Of a DNA stretch of 64,000 nucleotides, positions 36,684-51,040 are shown piece by piece. The stretch's first letter is position 1. Each line of letters starts with the position of its first letter. The notes under the pieces are model-generated. The model had not been told where the DNA came from. It made no database searches and worked only from the letters and a program-made list of their open reading frames with translations. The DNA lies in assembly GCA_044226625.1 (NCBI GenBank), contig JBGAGQ010000024.1, positions 1-64,000 on the forward strand, read 5' to 3'. Source of the DNA: Thermoanaerobaculia bacterium. GTDB taxonomy: Bacteria > Acidobacteriota > Thermoanaerobaculia > Multivoradales > UBA5704. The translations under genes and the position numbers were made by a program.

Positions 36684-39600
36684 TCACTCGCTTCCTAGAA
36701 GGCCGAGGTCCGTCGTAGGCACCATCGCGCGAAACGCAGGGACGTCCTTCTCGAAGAGCCCTTCCAACTCGGCGAAAATCGGAACGGCCTTCTCTTCTTC
36801 TTCCTCGATCGCGCGCATTTGGGTTGCGTTCGGCGGATCCCAGGAGCTCCCCAGGGTGGAGAGAAGGTCGTCGAGCTCCGAGATCAGGTCGTCGCTCTTG
36901 GGCCGGCCCACCACCTCGTCGGATTTCCAGAGCTTGCGCTCGACCGTTTCGAGCTTTTGCCGGAGCTCCCGGCCCGCCTTCTCCAAGGCCTTCACCTCGG
37001 CCGCCTTTTCGCTGGAACCGTCTTTCCGGCGCCTCTCCTCATCGCGCTTGTTCACCCGGTCGAGAATCAACCGCAGGTCCGCCTTCGTTCTGCTGACCCG
37101 CCAAGCGCCCAGGGAAACTCTCTCCTTGAGCGCACCGGCCCGGCGCAGAGCGGCGAAGTTCGCGGCACGGTTCGCCTCAGAAATCGAGATCCTGGGATCC
37201 GAAAGAACGCGAACGGATCCTTCCGCGGTCTGGTCGCCATACGCCACCGTGACGGTGTAGACGCCCGGAACGACCTGCGGCCCCCCAGCCCGGAACGGCG
37301 AGGGCGGCTTGCGGGTAGGCGGTTCCTTGACCGGATCCACGCGAAGATCCCAAATCACCCGATTCACGCCGAGCGTCACGCTCTGCTCGAACGAGCGGAG
37401 CAGCTGGCCGCCCGCATCCCGCACCTGGATCCTCGCTTTCGTCTTCGGCTCGGCGTCAACCTCGGGCCGAGATCCCTCATCGGTCCGAGCGGGCTGAGCG
37501 CCGTTCGGCGCCGGAACCGCAAGTCGCTTCGTTTCCTTACGCTCCCGTTCGACCGCGGGATCGGGGTGAGGGAGCTGGGGATCGTTCACGACGAAGGTCG
37601 TCGTCGCCCCATAGGAGCGATTCTTTCCCTTGTAGTCGTTGCCGCCGGGAAAGCGGGGGCCGGTCGATCGCGCGGACCAATACTGCTGAGCGTCGCCGAT
37701 CGGAAACAGGTAGAGGGATTTCGCCAGGATCGCCGCGGTCATCTCCCGCAGCGGTTCGAGATCGTCCAACACGAAAACCCCGCGGCCATGGGTGGCGATC
37801 AGCAGATCCCGCTCGCGCGGCTGGATCGCGAGATCCATGACCGACACGGTGGGCAGCCCATGCCGGAAGGGATACCACTTGCCGCCGCCGTCGAGCGAAA
37901 ACCAGAGACCGAACTCGGTCCCGAGGAAGAGGAGGTTCGGTGCCACTGGGTCCTGGGTGATCGCAAGCGCATACCCTCGGAGGTCCGGGGTTGCGAGGCT
38001 CTTCCAGGTCTTGCCGAAATCGTCGGTCCGATAGACGTACGTCGTGTAATTCGCTCGCCGGTGATCGTCGAAAACGACGAACGCGGAAGCCGCGTCGTAG
38101 GTCGAGGCGTGGATGTGGGGAATCCAAGTGTTCGCCGGAACGCCGGGGACGTTGCCCTCGACGCTCGCCCAGTCCTTGCCGCCGTTGCGCGTCACGTGCA
38201 GGCGGCCGTCGTCCGAGCCGACCCAGAGGACACCCTTCTCCTTGGGGCTCGGCTCGATCGCAAGCAGAGTGGTGAAGTTTTCGGCCCCCGTCACGTCCTG
38301 GGTCACGCCGCCGGTCTCCTTCGGCTGCCATTCCTTACGATTGGTCGTGAGATCGGGGCTGATCACCGTCCAGGTTTCGCCGCGGTCGGTCGACCGATGG
38401 ACGAATTGGCTACCGTAATAAATCGTGTCCGGATCGAACGGGTCGAGGCCCAGCGCGGAGTTCCAGTTGAAACGAAGCTCGGGACCCTCCTTCTCCCGGA
38501 CCGGTTGAATCGCCTTCCGCACGCCGGTGCTCAAATCCCAACGGACCAACGCCCCACCCTGGCTCATCGCGTATCCCTTGGACGAATCGCGCGGGTCGGG
38601 GGCGGTGTCGAAACCATCGCCGAAGTCCACCTCCTGCCAGTGGAGATTCCGGATGTCCCCGACCTCCCATACAGAGGAAGGACCGCGCCAGGAGCCGTTG
38701 TCCTGCAGCCCGAAATAGACGTGGTAGGGCACGTCGTTGTCGAAACGGATGTGATAGAGCTGCGAAAGCGGAAGGCCGCCGGCGAACGACCAGCTCTCGC
38801 CATGGTCTCGGCTGGTAAACACGCCGCCGTCGTTGCCGTCGATCAGATGGGTCGGATCGCTCGCGTCGATCCAGAGAGCATGGTGATCGGGATGGGCGGC
38901 CGTCGCGCCGGCCAGCGTCTTCCAGGTCTTGCCCGCGTCGGTCGAGACGTCGAGGGTGACCTCCAGGCGATAGATCCGATTCGGGTCCGCGGGGTCCACC
39001 CGAATGTCGCCGAAATAGAAGGGGCGATCGTTGACGTCGGGATCGGTGTTCACCGAATCCCAGCTGATGCCGCCGTCCTCGGACCGGAGGAGCGCGGGCT
39101 TCTTCGCCTCGACCAGGGCATAGACCACTTTCGGATTCGAGCGCGCGATCGCCAGTCCGATCCGTCCGAGATCTCCCTTCGGCAGGCCGTCGTCTTCGTT
39201 CAGGCGCTTCCAGGATTCGCCGCCGTCGTTGCTCACGAACAGCCCGGAGCCGGGCCCACCGGAGCGAAATTGGTAGGGCCAGCGCCGGTAATCCCACATC
39301 GCCGCGAAGATCTTGTTCGGGTTGCTCGGATCCATCACCAGATCGGCGCACCCGGTCCGCTCGTCGACGTACAGCACGCGCCGCCAGGTGACCCCGCCGT
39401 CGGTCGTCTTGTAGACCCCCCGCTCCGGGTTCTCGCCCCAGATCTTCCCCAATGCCGCCACGTACGCGGTGTTCGGCTTCCGAGGGTCGATCACGACCCG
39501 GTGGATGTGCTCCGTCTTTTCGAGGCCCATCCGCTTCCACGTCTTGCCGCCGTCCAGCGTCTTGAAGAGACCCTCGCCGATCGAGACGCTGTTGCGAGGG

Positions 39601-39938
39601 TTCCCCTCCCCGGTGCCCACCCAAACGACCGCGGAGTTCGTCGGGTCGATCGCCAGGGCTCCGATCGAGGCGACCGGCTGATCGTCGAACACGGGCTCCC
39701 ACGTCAAGCCGCCGCTCTCGGATTTCCAGACCCCGCCCGTCGCGGTGCCGACCCAGATCACCGCGGGGTTTCTCGGATCCGAGTCGATCGCGGCGATCCG
39801 GCCGCTCATCGCGGCCGGCCCGATCGACCTGGCCTTCAGGCCGGCCAGAAGCGCCGGATCGATCCCGGGGACCCCCGCGGCGCCGACGAGTGAGGGGAGG
39901 AGAAGAGCCAGGAGACAGCAAAGGACCGCGCGGCGCAT
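36684..39938 (-). CDS. Secreted VPS10/BNR (Asp-box) beta-propeller glycosyl-hydrolase-like protein
   Basis: RSIGPAAMSGRI, many S.DGG.TW Asp-boxes, DHHALWID, GLQDNGSW. Confidence 0.88.
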   Translation of the reverse strand: MRRAVLCCLLALLLPSLVGAAGVPGIDPALLAGLKARSIGPAAMSGRIAAIDSDPRNPAVIWVGTATGGVWKSESGGLTWEPVFDDQPVASIGALAIDPTNSAVVWVGTGEGNPRNSVSIGEGLFKTLDGGKTWKRMGLEKTEHIHRVVIDPRKPNTAYVAALGKIWGENPERGVYKTTDGGVTWRRVLYVDERTGCADLVMDPSNPNKIFAAMWDYRRWPYQFRSGGPGSGLFVSNDGGESWKRLNEDDGLPKGDLGRIGLAIARSNPKVVYALVEAKKPALLRSEDGGISWDSVNTDPDVNDRPFYFGDIRVDPADPNRIYRLEVTLDVSTDAGKTWKTLAGATAAHPDHHALWIDASDPTHLIDGNDGGVFTSRDHGESWSFAGGLPLSQLYHIRFDNDVPYHVYFGLQDNGSWRGPSSVWEVGDIRNLHWQEVDFGDGFDTAPDPRDSSKGYAMSQGGALVRWDLSTGVRKAIQPVREKEGPELRFNWNSALGLDPFDPDTIYYGSQFVHRSTDRGETWTVISPDLTTNRKEWQPKETGGVTQDVTGAENFTTLLAIEPSPKEKGVLWVGSDDGRLHVTRNGGKDWASVEGNVPGVPANTWIPHIHASTYDAASAFVVFDDHRRANYTTYVYRTDDFGKTWKSLATPDLRGYALAITQDPVAPNLLFLGTEFGLWFSLDGGGKWYPFRHGLPTVSVMDLAIQPRERDLLIATHGRGVFVLDDLEPLREMTAAILAKSLYLFPIGDAQQYWSARSTGPRFPGGNDYKGKNRSYGATTTFVVNDPQLPHPDPAVERERKETKRLAVPAPNGAQPARTDEGSRPEVDAEPKTKARIQVRDAGGQLLRSFEQSVTLGVNRVIWDLRVDPVKEPPTRKPPSPFRAGGPQVVPGVYTVTVAYGDQTAEGSVRVLSDPRISISEANRAANFAALRRAGALKERVSLGAWRVSRTKADLRLILDRVNKRDEERRRKDGSSEKAAEVKALEKAGRELRQKLETVERKLWKSDEVVGRPKSDDLISELDDLLSTLGSSWDPPNATQMRAIEEEEEKAVPIFAELEGLFEKDVPAFRAMVPTTDLGLLGSE

Positions 39939-40116
39939 CGAATTGCCTCCAGAGGGAGAAGGTGGGGCCCAAGCCTAGCCGCCCGACGATTTTCCTCGCA
40001 ACCTTTCCGCTCCTTCGGCGTACCGAAGAAGGAGGCCCGAAGGGGCCCGGTAAGGGTAGCTGTCGTCGGCATTCCGGTAGACTGGCTTCCTACATACCCC
40101 CTCACAGGAGACTCAT

Positions 40117-40884
40117 ATGGTTCGCAAAGTGCTGACCTCCTTCGCCGTCGCGGCGATCTTCGCGACGACGGCCTTCGCTCAAACGGCCGACGAGCTCATC
40201 GAGAAGAATATCCAGGCCCGCGGCGGGCGCGAGAAAATGAACGCCGTCAAGACGCTGCGCATGACCGGCAAGATCGTCGTCGGCCCCGGGATCGAGGCGC
40301 CGTTCGTTCGCGAGGCGAGCCGTCCCAACAAGCTCCGCATGGAATTCACGATCCAGGGAATGACCGCCGTCCAGACCTATGACGGCACCAACGCCTGGGC
40401 GCTGATGCCGTTCCTGGGCAAAAAGGACGCCGAAGCGATGTCGGCCGACGAGCTCAAGGAAGTCGAGGACCAGGCGGACATCGACGGTCCCCTCGTGGAC
40501 TACAAGAGCAAGGGCCACACCGTGGAGCTGATCGGCAAGGAGGACATCGAAGGCACGCCGGCCTACAAGCTCAAGGTCACCAAGAAGAACGGCGGCGTCG
40601 ACTACACCTACCTCGATTCCGAGACCTTCCTGGAAATCAAGGGCGAGTCCAAGCGCACCGTTCGCGGACAGGAAGTGGAGCTCGAGACCTCGATCGGCGA
40701 CTACAAAGAGGTCGACGGCGTCCTCTATCCCTTCTCGGTCCAGCAGAAGCCGAAAGGTGCGCAGGCGGCCGGCAACAACTTTGCGGTGACGATCGAGAAG
40801 ATCGAGACGAACCCCACGCTGGCCGACGACCGGTTCGGCAAGCCGGCGAGCCTGCCGGGTCCCGCGGCACCCCAGCCCAAGTAA
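40117..40884 (+). CDS. Periplasmic LolA-like / lipoprotein-sorting fold protein
   Basis: Signal peptide, QTADELIEK.IQARGG, RPNKLRME, DYKEVDGVLYPF. Confidence 0.7.
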   Translation: MVRKVLTSFAVAAIFATTAFAQTADELIEKNIQARGGREKMNAVKTLRMTGKIVVGPGIEAPFVREASRPNKLRMEFTIQGMTAVQTYDGTNAWALMPFLGKKDAEAMSADELKEVEDQADIDGPLVDYKSKGHTVELIGKEDIEGTPAYKLKVTKKNGGVDYTYLDSETFLEIKGESKRTVRGQEVELETSIGDYKEVDGVLYPFSVQQKPKGAQAAGNNFAVTIEKIETNPTLADDRFGKPASLPGPAAPQPK

Positions 40885-40980
40885 GCGCCCTTCTTCGGAC
40901 TCGCGCCTGGGGGATGCGGCGCGAGTCCATCACGCCGCCACGGACGGGTGGCGAATCGCACCTCGCAGGAAAGGAAAACC

Positions 40981-44109
<3,129 letters not shown>

Positions 44110-44138
44110 GAAAGCCTAAGAAGTGAGAAGAAGGGAAG

Positions 44139-44168
44139 GGGCCGGAGCGAGGAGATGCGCTCCGGCCC
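44139..44168. terminator. Hairpin between convergent genes
   Basis: gggccggagcg / cgctccggccc 11-bp stem. Confidence 0.7.
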
Positions 44169-44175
44169 GTTGCCT

Positions 44176-45555
44176 TTACCGAGCCCGAAGAACCGAGCGG
44201 CTCGCCGCGAGATATTTCGCTAGCTCGGCGACGAGATCGCCGGTGGCGCTCTCCGTTTCGATCGCTCGTCGAAGAATCAGAATCGCGGCCACGGCACCTC
44301 GCTCGAGCTCGCGAACCCGATAGGGGAGGAGGATGGCCTCGCCGAAGAGACGTCTCATGTCCCCTTTGCGTCCTTGCCGCACGTAGAGCTCCGCGAGGTC
44401 GAACAGGACGCCGATGGCGTCCTGACCGAGTCCCGACTCGAGCAGGTGGATCCGCACCGCCTGCAAAGCCGCCTCTCCTTCCGCGGCGCTGCCCACGGCC
44501 AGCGTCGCGCGGGCTTCCATCCAGCGAACCCGAAGAGCTTCCCCGTCCGAGCCCAGCCTTTCGTACAGCGACCGCGCTCGCCAAAGGTGCCCGAGCGCCT
44601 CCCTTCCCCGCCCGGTCTCGACCAGGAGCGTTCCGAGCCTCTGGAGAGCGTCGGCGAGGCGGGCCGGATCGCTTCCCGGTTCGATCGAATCGACGACCTC
44701 GGCGAACGCGTCGACCGCCAGATCGACTCGCTGCGCCCGAACCGCCATGGTTCCGACCTCCCAGAGCGTGGCCGCGAGAAGCCCGCGCTCTCCCAGCTTT
44801 CGATAGAGCGCGACCGCCTCCAGTCCCAGCGCGGTCGCGGATTCGACCCGCCCCAGCATCAGCTCGAACCGGGCTTCGAGACGGGCGAGCTCCGCACCAT
44901 TCCAAGGATCTTGGGTGCCCAGGCTGGAGAGCGAATGCGCCATCCGGAACGCTCTTTGCGCCTCCTCGCGCTCTCCCGCTTCGCGCGCCACGTCTCCGCA
45001 ATGGGCCCAGGCGCGGGCTTCGAGATCGCGGACGATCGAGGATCCCCACGCTTTGGAGTCGAGCCGCTCGGCGACCGCGAGGGCCAGCTCGACGAGCTCT
45101 CGATCGGCGAGGTTTCCTCGCGGACGCGCGGGGGTGCCCTGCCGGCCCGAAGTCGCCGGCCCGCGCTTTGCGAGAAGCGCCTCGCACAGCGCCGGAAGAT
45201 GGAACCGCGGATCGCGCTCGACTTTCGCTCGGCGCTCGACGGGAGGGTCTCTGAGCAGCTCCTGGAGCAGTGCCGGTGTCGCCTCGCGCGCACCCGCCAG
45301 CACGGCTCTGTGCTCCCTGGCGATCCGTACCGCCCGGTCCATGGCCGACTGATAATCGTTAGGCTTCGCATCCTTCCTAGAAGGAGGAGTCGCGCCAACG
45401 GCCCGCGCGAGGGGGCGCCAGAGATCGCCTGCCAACTGGCGACAGGAGAGGCAGCCGCCGATCAGGTGACGTACGACCCTTCGGCTCTCGGTGGCGGAAA
45501 GCTCGCCCCGCAGGAAACGTTCGAGATCTCCGGGATCGGGATGGCTGATGGACAC
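44176..45555 (-). CDS. Anti-sigma-type zinc finger (H-x4-CxxC) plus TPR-like helical repeat protein
   Basis: HPDPGDLERFLRGELS..VRHLIGGCLSC N-terminus, then TPR-like helices; no TM segment. Confidence 0.75.
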   Translation of the reverse strand: MSISHPDPGDLERFLRGELSATESRRVVRHLIGGCLSCRQLAGDLWRPLARAVGATPPSRKDAKPNDYQSAMDRAVRIAREHRAVLAGAREATPALLQELLRDPPVERRAKVERDPRFHLPALCEALLAKRGPATSGRQGTPARPRGNLADRELVELALAVAERLDSKAWGSSIVRDLEARAWAHCGDVAREAGEREEAQRAFRMAHSLSSLGTQDPWNGAELARLEARFELMLGRVESATALGLEAVALYRKLGERGLLAATLWEVGTMAVRAQRVDLAVDAFAEVVDSIEPGSDPARLADALQRLGTLLVETGRGREALGHLWRARSLYERLGSDGEALRVRWMEARATLAVGSAAEGEAALQAVRIHLLESGLGQDAIGVLFDLAELYVRQGRKGDMRRLFGEAILLPYRVRELERGAVAAILILRRAIETESATGDLVAELAKYLAASRSVLRAR

Positions 45556-45825
45556 GGGAAGCCCCTCCGGCGTGATCGATGGCGAACCTGTCGGGCTTCA
45601 GCGGCGCCGCAGGAAGGAAACTCGACGCCCCCGCAGGAGAAAAAGGGGGGGCGGTTGCCCCATATCCGAGAAATTAATTCTCATAGTCGACAACTCTAGG
45701 CCCTGCGTCTTGTCTTTGTCAAGCAACAAGTTGCGGTCGCAAGCTACTCAAGCCCAGGATGTAAGTTATTGAAAGAAAGGAGCTTACGGTTGCCAACGGA
45801 AGCGCCCCGCGCTATCTTTCCCGAT

Positions 45826-46317
45826 ATGCCAATCTTTCATGGTTTGGGGAGATCCTTGCGCTGGCTGCGCGACCGGCAAGGCAAGCGGCAGTACCAAGTG
45901 GCGGATGCCGCCGGCATCACCAAGGCGATGCTGTCCGCCTATGAAACCGGTAAACAAAAGCCGTCCTTGGACACCCTGGAAAAAATCCTCGAAGCGCTGA
46001 ACAGCGACCTTGCTGACCTCCACAGCGCGCTGCAGATCGTCAACGAAAGGCCGGCGACCGGTCGCCGGCCCGAGCCCATGCCGGCGGGTGGTTGGGCCTC
46101 CGCCTGGCGTGCCGGATCGTCCCCGAGCGCGGGCGAATCGGGCCCTCGGGTGGACGTCTACCGGACGCTCGGGATCGATCGGCCTTTGCCCGAGGAAGAG
46201 GAACAAGCCTTGGGCGAGATGCTCGCCGGCTTCCACCGCCTGCTTCGGTTTCTGCACCGAGCGGGCTCGCTCTCGGAAACGGCGGCGGAAGAGAGGGTCG
46301 ACATCCTCTCCGACTGA
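45826..46317 (+). CDS. XRE-family HTH transcriptional regulator
   Basis: LRWLRDRQGKRQYQVADAAGITKAMLSAYETGKQKPSLDTLEKI. Confidence 0.9.
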   Translation: MPIFHGLGRSLRWLRDRQGKRQYQVADAAGITKAMLSAYETGKQKPSLDTLEKILEALNSDLADLHSALQIVNERPATGRRPEPMPAGGWASAWRAGSSPSAGESGPRVDVYRTLGIDRPLPEEEEQALGEMLAGFHRLLRFLHRAGSLSETAAEERVDILSD

Positions 46318-46330
46318 GCTGACCTTAGGT

Positions 46331-47662
46331 TCAGAGAGGCAGCAGGGCGTATCGCAGGACGAGCAAGAGGGCGAGTAGCCAGAGGACGGGATGGACCTGA
46401 CGCGCCTTTCCGGCGGCTGCCTTGACCACCGGATAGACGACGAAACCCGCGGCCAGACCGTGGGCGATGTTGAACGTCAACGGCATCACGATCGCGGTGA
46501 GAAACGCGGGTGCCGCCTCGGTCGGATCGGTCCAATCGATTTCGCGCACGACCCCCATCATCAGGATCCCGACCAGCACCAGGGCGGGTGCCGTGATCGG
46601 GTAGCGCCCATCGATGCCGAGACCCACCACCTGAACGAGCGGCGAGAAGACCAGAGAAGCGAAGAGCAATAGGCTGGTGACGACGCTCGCGAGGCCGGTG
46701 CGCGCTCCCGCCGCCACGCCGGCGCCGCTTTCGATGTACGAGGTGACCGCCGAGGTGCCGACCAGCGCTCCGGCCACCATCCCTCCAGAATCGGCGGCGA
46801 GCGCGCGGTCGAGTCGCGCGAGCTCCCCGCGCGAATCCACCAGCCCCGCCTGATGACCGACGGCCAGCAACGTTCCGAGGGTGTCGAACAGGGTGAAGAA
46901 CAGGGTGGTGAGGATGACCGGCAGATAGCGCCAGCTCAAGGCGCCGCCTAGGTCGATCTGCAACCCGGGAAGCTCGAAACGGGGAATGCGGAAAACCTCC
47001 TTGGGTAGAGGTACCATGCCGGTCGCGAGCGCCGCCACGATCGTGGCCGCGAGTCCCCAGAAGATCGCGGTCCGTACGCCTCGCGCGAACAAAACCAGTG
47101 AAACGAACAGACCGAACAGCGTGAGGAGCGCGGGGCGCGAGGAGAGCGGGGCGAGGCCCACGAGAGTGTTCGGGTCGGCGCGGATCAGCCCGCCCTGCTC
47201 GAGACCGATGAACGCGATGAACAAGCCGATGCCCATCGCCCCCGCGAGCGTGAGCACACGCGGAACCGAGCGGACGAGAAAAGTTCGCGCGCCGACGAGG
47301 GTCAGCAGGACGAACAGCACTCCGGACCAGAAGACGATGCCGAGCGCGGTCTGCCACTTGACTCCCGCGCCCAGGCAGATGCCGTAGGCGAAGAAGGCGT
47401 TCAGCCCCATGCCGGGCGCGAGCGCCACGGGGTAGTTGGCAAACAAGCCCATCATCAGCGTGGCGATCCCGGCGCTGATCGCCGTCGCGGAGATCGCCCC
47501 GGGGAGCGGCATGCCCGTCGCCTGCAAGATCACCGGGTTGACGAACAGGATGTACGCCATCGTGAGGAAGGTCGCGAGGCCGCCAAGCGCCTCGCGTCCG
47601 AGGGTCGACCCGGCGGCGCGGACGCCGAAGAAACGATCGAGAGATCCCTGCGGCTCGCTCAT
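46331..47662 (-). CDS. NCS2-family (AzgA-like) purine permease
   Basis: TFLTMAYILFVNP, APGMGLNAFF, YIESGAGV, GARTGL. Confidence 0.93.
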   Translation of the reverse strand: MSEPQGSLDRFFGVRAAGSTLGREALGGLATFLTMAYILFVNPVILQATGMPLPGAISATAISAGIATLMMGLFANYPVALAPGMGLNAFFAYGICLGAGVKWQTALGIVFWSGVLFVLLTLVGARTFLVRSVPRVLTLAGAMGIGLFIAFIGLEQGGLIRADPNTLVGLAPLSSRPALLTLFGLFVSLVLFARGVRTAIFWGLAATIVAALATGMVPLPKEVFRIPRFELPGLQIDLGGALSWRYLPVILTTLFFTLFDTLGTLLAVGHQAGLVDSRGELARLDRALAADSGGMVAGALVGTSAVTSYIESGAGVAAGARTGLASVVTSLLLFASLVFSPLVQVVGLGIDGRYPITAPALVLVGILMMGVVREIDWTDPTEAAPAFLTAIVMPLTFNIAHGLAAGFVVYPVVKAAAGKARQVHPVLWLLALLLVLRYALLPL

Positions 47663-47675
47663 CTGGCTCCTCCTC

Positions 47676-49379
47676 TCACTCCTCGTCGGGGGACGGCTCT
47701 TCCTCTTCGAACGCTTCGCTCCGCAGACCCGACGCCCCTTTCCTGGGAAGCGAGGGGTCGCGGCGGAACACCGCGACCTCCGGGTTCACGAAGACCAGGC
47801 TCGAGTAGGTCCCGCGCGTATCGAGCACGTCCCAAGACGAGCTCCACTCGAAGCGCTTGGCGAGAAAGTAGCCGACCTCGCCCGATTCCATCCGTTCGTA
47901 CCCCGCGTGCTCGGCGGGTGTTCGGAGATCGATCACGTTGATCGCGACGATCTCCGGAGTGCGGCGCTCGAGAACGCCCGGAAAGCTCGCCCATCCCGCA
48001 TGCGGCAGGCGCGGTGCGTGCTTCGCCCGGCCGAGCGCCAGGGAAACGCCCGGGCCTCCGTTGTCTCTCGCGAACGCCTCGGCTTGATAGCGCGCATCGT
48101 AGATCATCCGCCGATCGATCGACAGGGCGTAGAGCACGCCATATCCAAGGACCGCGACGCCGGCGATCCCGCCAAGCAGCCGGGCCGCCGGCCGATCCGA
48201 GTCCGTGATCGCCGCGAGGAATCGGCCGCCGAAAAGGGCCAGGAGGAGCGCGAGCGGCAGAACGTACCGGTCGCGGCTGAACAGGATCGGCATCAGGAAG
48301 GTGACGTAGTACGAAACCCCGAGCAGAGCGAGCGCACCCAGGAGCCGTCCCTCCCGGCCGCGTACCTTCGCCACGGCGAATCCCGCCCCGAGAATGCTCG
48401 CCACGAACGCCGGCCAGCCGAGGCAGAAGCGCAGGTGCGAGAAGTTCTCGAGCAGGTTGCCGAGGTGCCCCGCGGGGGTGTTGGCGAATGCCTTCGCCTC
48501 CTCCGACTGCGGACCGAGGAGCGTCCGCACGTGCGCCAGAAACCCGCCGAAATTCCATCCCCAGTTGTAGATCGCCGCGGCGAGCCCGAGCCCGAACCCG
48601 AGCACGACGAGGATTCTCCGATCGACGACCGCGGCGAGGAGCCCGCCGCGCGCCCCTTCCTGCCGCCGCGCCCGGGCGAGCGAAGGCAGTACGGCGAGCG
48701 GCGCGAAGAGATACAGGCCGTAGGCCTGGTCTTTACTCGTGATCGCGAAGACGGCGCAGGCGGCAAACGCCAGGTAGTCGCGCATCCGGTGGCCGTCGAG
48801 CAGCCGCACGAAGAAGACCAGCGACAGGGCGAACCAGAAGAGGAACGGCATCTCGACGTTCGCGGTCTTCGCGAAGTAGACGAACGGCGCGCCCGTGGCG
48901 ACGAGCGCCCCGGCGAACAGTCCAGCGCGGGGACCCGAGACGGAGCGCCCGACCGCGGCGATCGCCCCCACGGCCCCGAGCGCCATCGCGACGCTCACCA
49001 GCCGTGAAAGGACGAACAGCCAGCTGTTGAAGTCGATCCCCTTCGCCGGAACGGGACCAACCCCGGCGAGCGCCCGGAGGGGCATCTGAACCAACGCCAG
49101 GACGTAATAGTGGAACGGCGGATATTTCGTGTGCCAGCCGCCGGAAAACGCCCGGCGGAACGCGAACGCCACCTGGTTCGGCCGGATCTCGTCCCCCGCC
49201 CAGCCGCGCCAGCTCGGCAGACCCCAGGTGATGCCGAGCACGAAGAGCACCCCCGCGCAGACCAGCAACGCGGTGAGCGCCAAAGAGTAGCCGGAGAGTC
49301 TTCGCCGGGTTTTCCCGGCGCCTCCGGCCTCCGGCGCTGGCCGGCCGAGCTCCAAGGAATCCGGCGCGCCTTCGCTCAC
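47676..49379 (-). CDS. ArnT/PMT-like (GT-C fold) membrane glycosyltransferase
   Basis: GDE after the first TM helix, KYPPFHYY, many TM helices, RYVLPL; GTG start overlaps the upstream stop. Confidence 0.8.
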   Translation of the reverse strand: MSEGAPDSLELGRPAPEAGGAGKTRRRLSGYSLALTALLVCAGVLFVLGITWGLPSWRGWAGDEIRPNQVAFAFRRAFSGGWHTKYPPFHYYVLALVQMPLRALAGVGPVPAKGIDFNSWLFVLSRLVSVAMALGAVGAIAAVGRSVSGPRAGLFAGALVATGAPFVYFAKTANVEMPFLFWFALSLVFFVRLLDGHRMRDYLAFAACAVFAITSKDQAYGLYLFAPLAVLPSLARARRQEGARGGLLAAVVDRRILVVLGFGLGLAAAIYNWGWNFGGFLAHVRTLLGPQSEEAKAFANTPAGHLGNLLENFSHLRFCLGWPAFVASILGAGFAVAKVRGREGRLLGALALLGVSYYVTFLMPILFSRDRYVLPLALLLALFGGRFLAAITDSDRPAARLLGGIAGVAVLGYGVLYALSIDRRMIYDARYQAEAFARDNGGPGVSLALGRAKHAPRLPHAGWASFPGVLERRTPEIVAINVIDLRTPAEHAGYERMESGEVGYFLAKRFEWSSSWDVLDTRGTYSSLVFVNPEVAVFRRDPSLPRKGASGLRSEAFEEEEPSPDEE

Positions 49380-51040
49380 GCGCACTCCTCTCCCTGAGTC
49401 CTGGCCGGAAACCGCCATGCAGCGGAGAGCCCGGTCGCCGAGCGTTCGACCTCGACGGGAATCGGCGGCAGTAGATCTTCCGGATGAAAGCTCTCAGCGC
49501 TCGCCACGTGGCGCAGGTTTTGGCGCGGGCTCCGCTCCGCTTTGGCGTTTCGGGCAAAGGTCAGCTCATCGCGGAGCGAGATTCCGTCCGGCGACACTTC
49601 GATGACGCGCTCGAACCGGGGCGCCGCCGTCGAATCCGCCTGGGGTTTGAAGATCAACAACCGCCGGAGCGGCTTGAGCAGACGGGCGCCGACCAGCTTC
49701 GAGGCGAGGCGCAGGGCGGCATGCTTCGCGGGTGTGGGCACCAGGAAGCTCGCCTTTCGGCAGGTCCCCGCGATGCGCAGGCGGACCGGCGATTCCGGTG
49801 AGCTTTCGGGAGACCTGTCGATCCGAGCCTCTCCGCCCTGCCACCAGTTGCTGGTCCAGAGCGATCCGTCCGAGCGGACCCGCCAGCCGTGGTCGAGCAG
49901 CGGCGCCGCATCGCGCCGATGAATGCGCACGAGCCCCCCCTTGCGCAGGCCGATCGCCGCGCTCCAGCTTCGGTCCCGGCTCCAGACGATCCGGTACCCG
50001 GCGCCGTCGAAGTCGACCGCGCTCCGCGGATCCGGAGCCTCGCCGGGCAGCATCCGATCGAGGTGGGAAAGGGCGCGGACAACGCTCGCGAAGACGTAAT
50101 GGCTGTGGTAGCGATCGTCGGTCGCCCAGAGGAAGTGCCCGGGTTTATCGCACTCGCCGAAAAGGGTCCGGACCAGCCAAGCCGCCCGTGCGTTGCGAGC
50201 CCCGGTGCGGGCGAGGCCGTACGGAACCACGTAATCGGTGTTCCGGCTGTTGAGCGTCGAGGGGAGCCTTCCGTCCGCTCCGACCATCGCGGCAAGGAAT
50301 TCGACCGCCCGGTCGATCGCGAGCGGCGCCCGCGGATCGCCGGTCGCGTCGTGGTAATCGACAAGGGCGTCGATCGTCACCGCGAGATAGCCGAAATCCG
50401 GTCCTCCGTACTCGGGAAACCAACCCTCCGCGTGCTGGCTCGCGAACAGCCGGTCGGCGTGCTCGGCGAGACGCGCCGGACGAGGCGAGATCTCCGGCAA
50501 CCGCGCGGCGAGCGCCAGCGCGGCGAGCCCGGCCGCCTGCTGGTTCGAGGCCTCCGTCTCCGTTCGTCGGTCGAGGTGCCGGGCCAAGCGAGCGAGACCC
50601 TTCCAGCGGATTCCCTCGAGGAGCGCCGGCCGCTCCGTTCGCCAATCGAGCGCCAGCCGCATCGCCGCCCAGAGTCCGAAGGCCGCGGCAGGGTAGCTCC
50701 GCTCGTAGGGAAAGTACTCGTCCACCCCGCCGTCGCGCCGCACCTGGGCGGAGAGGGCGTTGACCGCGGCGACGCACCACGATTCGAGCTTCTCCCGGTC
50801 GGCCGCGAGGTCGAGATCGCCGCGGCGGACCGCCTCCAGCGTGAACGCCCCCTGCTGCAGGATCGCCGAGGAGAAATCGCGGATCTTGTAGTGCCAATGG
50901 TTGCGGTCGAAGTTGCCGAAGCGGGGGGAGTCCGCATCCCGGTCCATCTGCGTGAGCACGCGCGGCAGCTGCCGGGCGGCGTACTCGCGGAAGGTGTTGG
51001 AGGTTTCGCTCATCGATCTCGTCGATTCCATCGAGCTCAA
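49376..51040 (-). CDS. Alpha/alpha-toroid (heparinase/lyase-like architecture) protein of unknown function
   Basis: [39 protein letters not shown]; translationally coupled to its neighbours. Confidence 0.6.
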   Translation of the reverse strand: MSSMESTRSMSETSNTFREYAARQLPRVLTQMDRDADSPRFGNFDRNHWHYKIRDFSSAILQQGAFTLEAVRRGDLDLAADREKLESWCVAAVNALSAQVRRDGGVDEYFPYERSYPAAAFGLWAAMRLALDWRTERPALLEGIRWKGLARLARHLDRRTETEASNQQAAGLAALALAARLPEISPRPARLAEHADRLFASQHAEGWFPEYGGPDFGYLAVTIDALVDYHDATGDPRAPLAIDRAVEFLAAMVGADGRLPSTLNSRNTDYVVPYGLARTGARNARAAWLVRTLFGECDKPGHFLWATDDRYHSHYVFASVVRALSHLDRMLPGEAPDPRSAVDFDGAGYRIVWSRDRSWSAAIGLRKGGLVRIHRRDAAPLLDHGWRVRSDGSLWTSNWWQGGEARIDRSPESSPESPVRLRIAGTCRKASFLVPTPAKHAALRLASKLVGARLLKPLRRLLIFKPQADSTAAPRFERVIEVSPDGISLRDELTFARNAKAERSPRQNLRHVASAESFHPEDLLPPIPVEVERSATGLSAAWRFPARTQGEECA

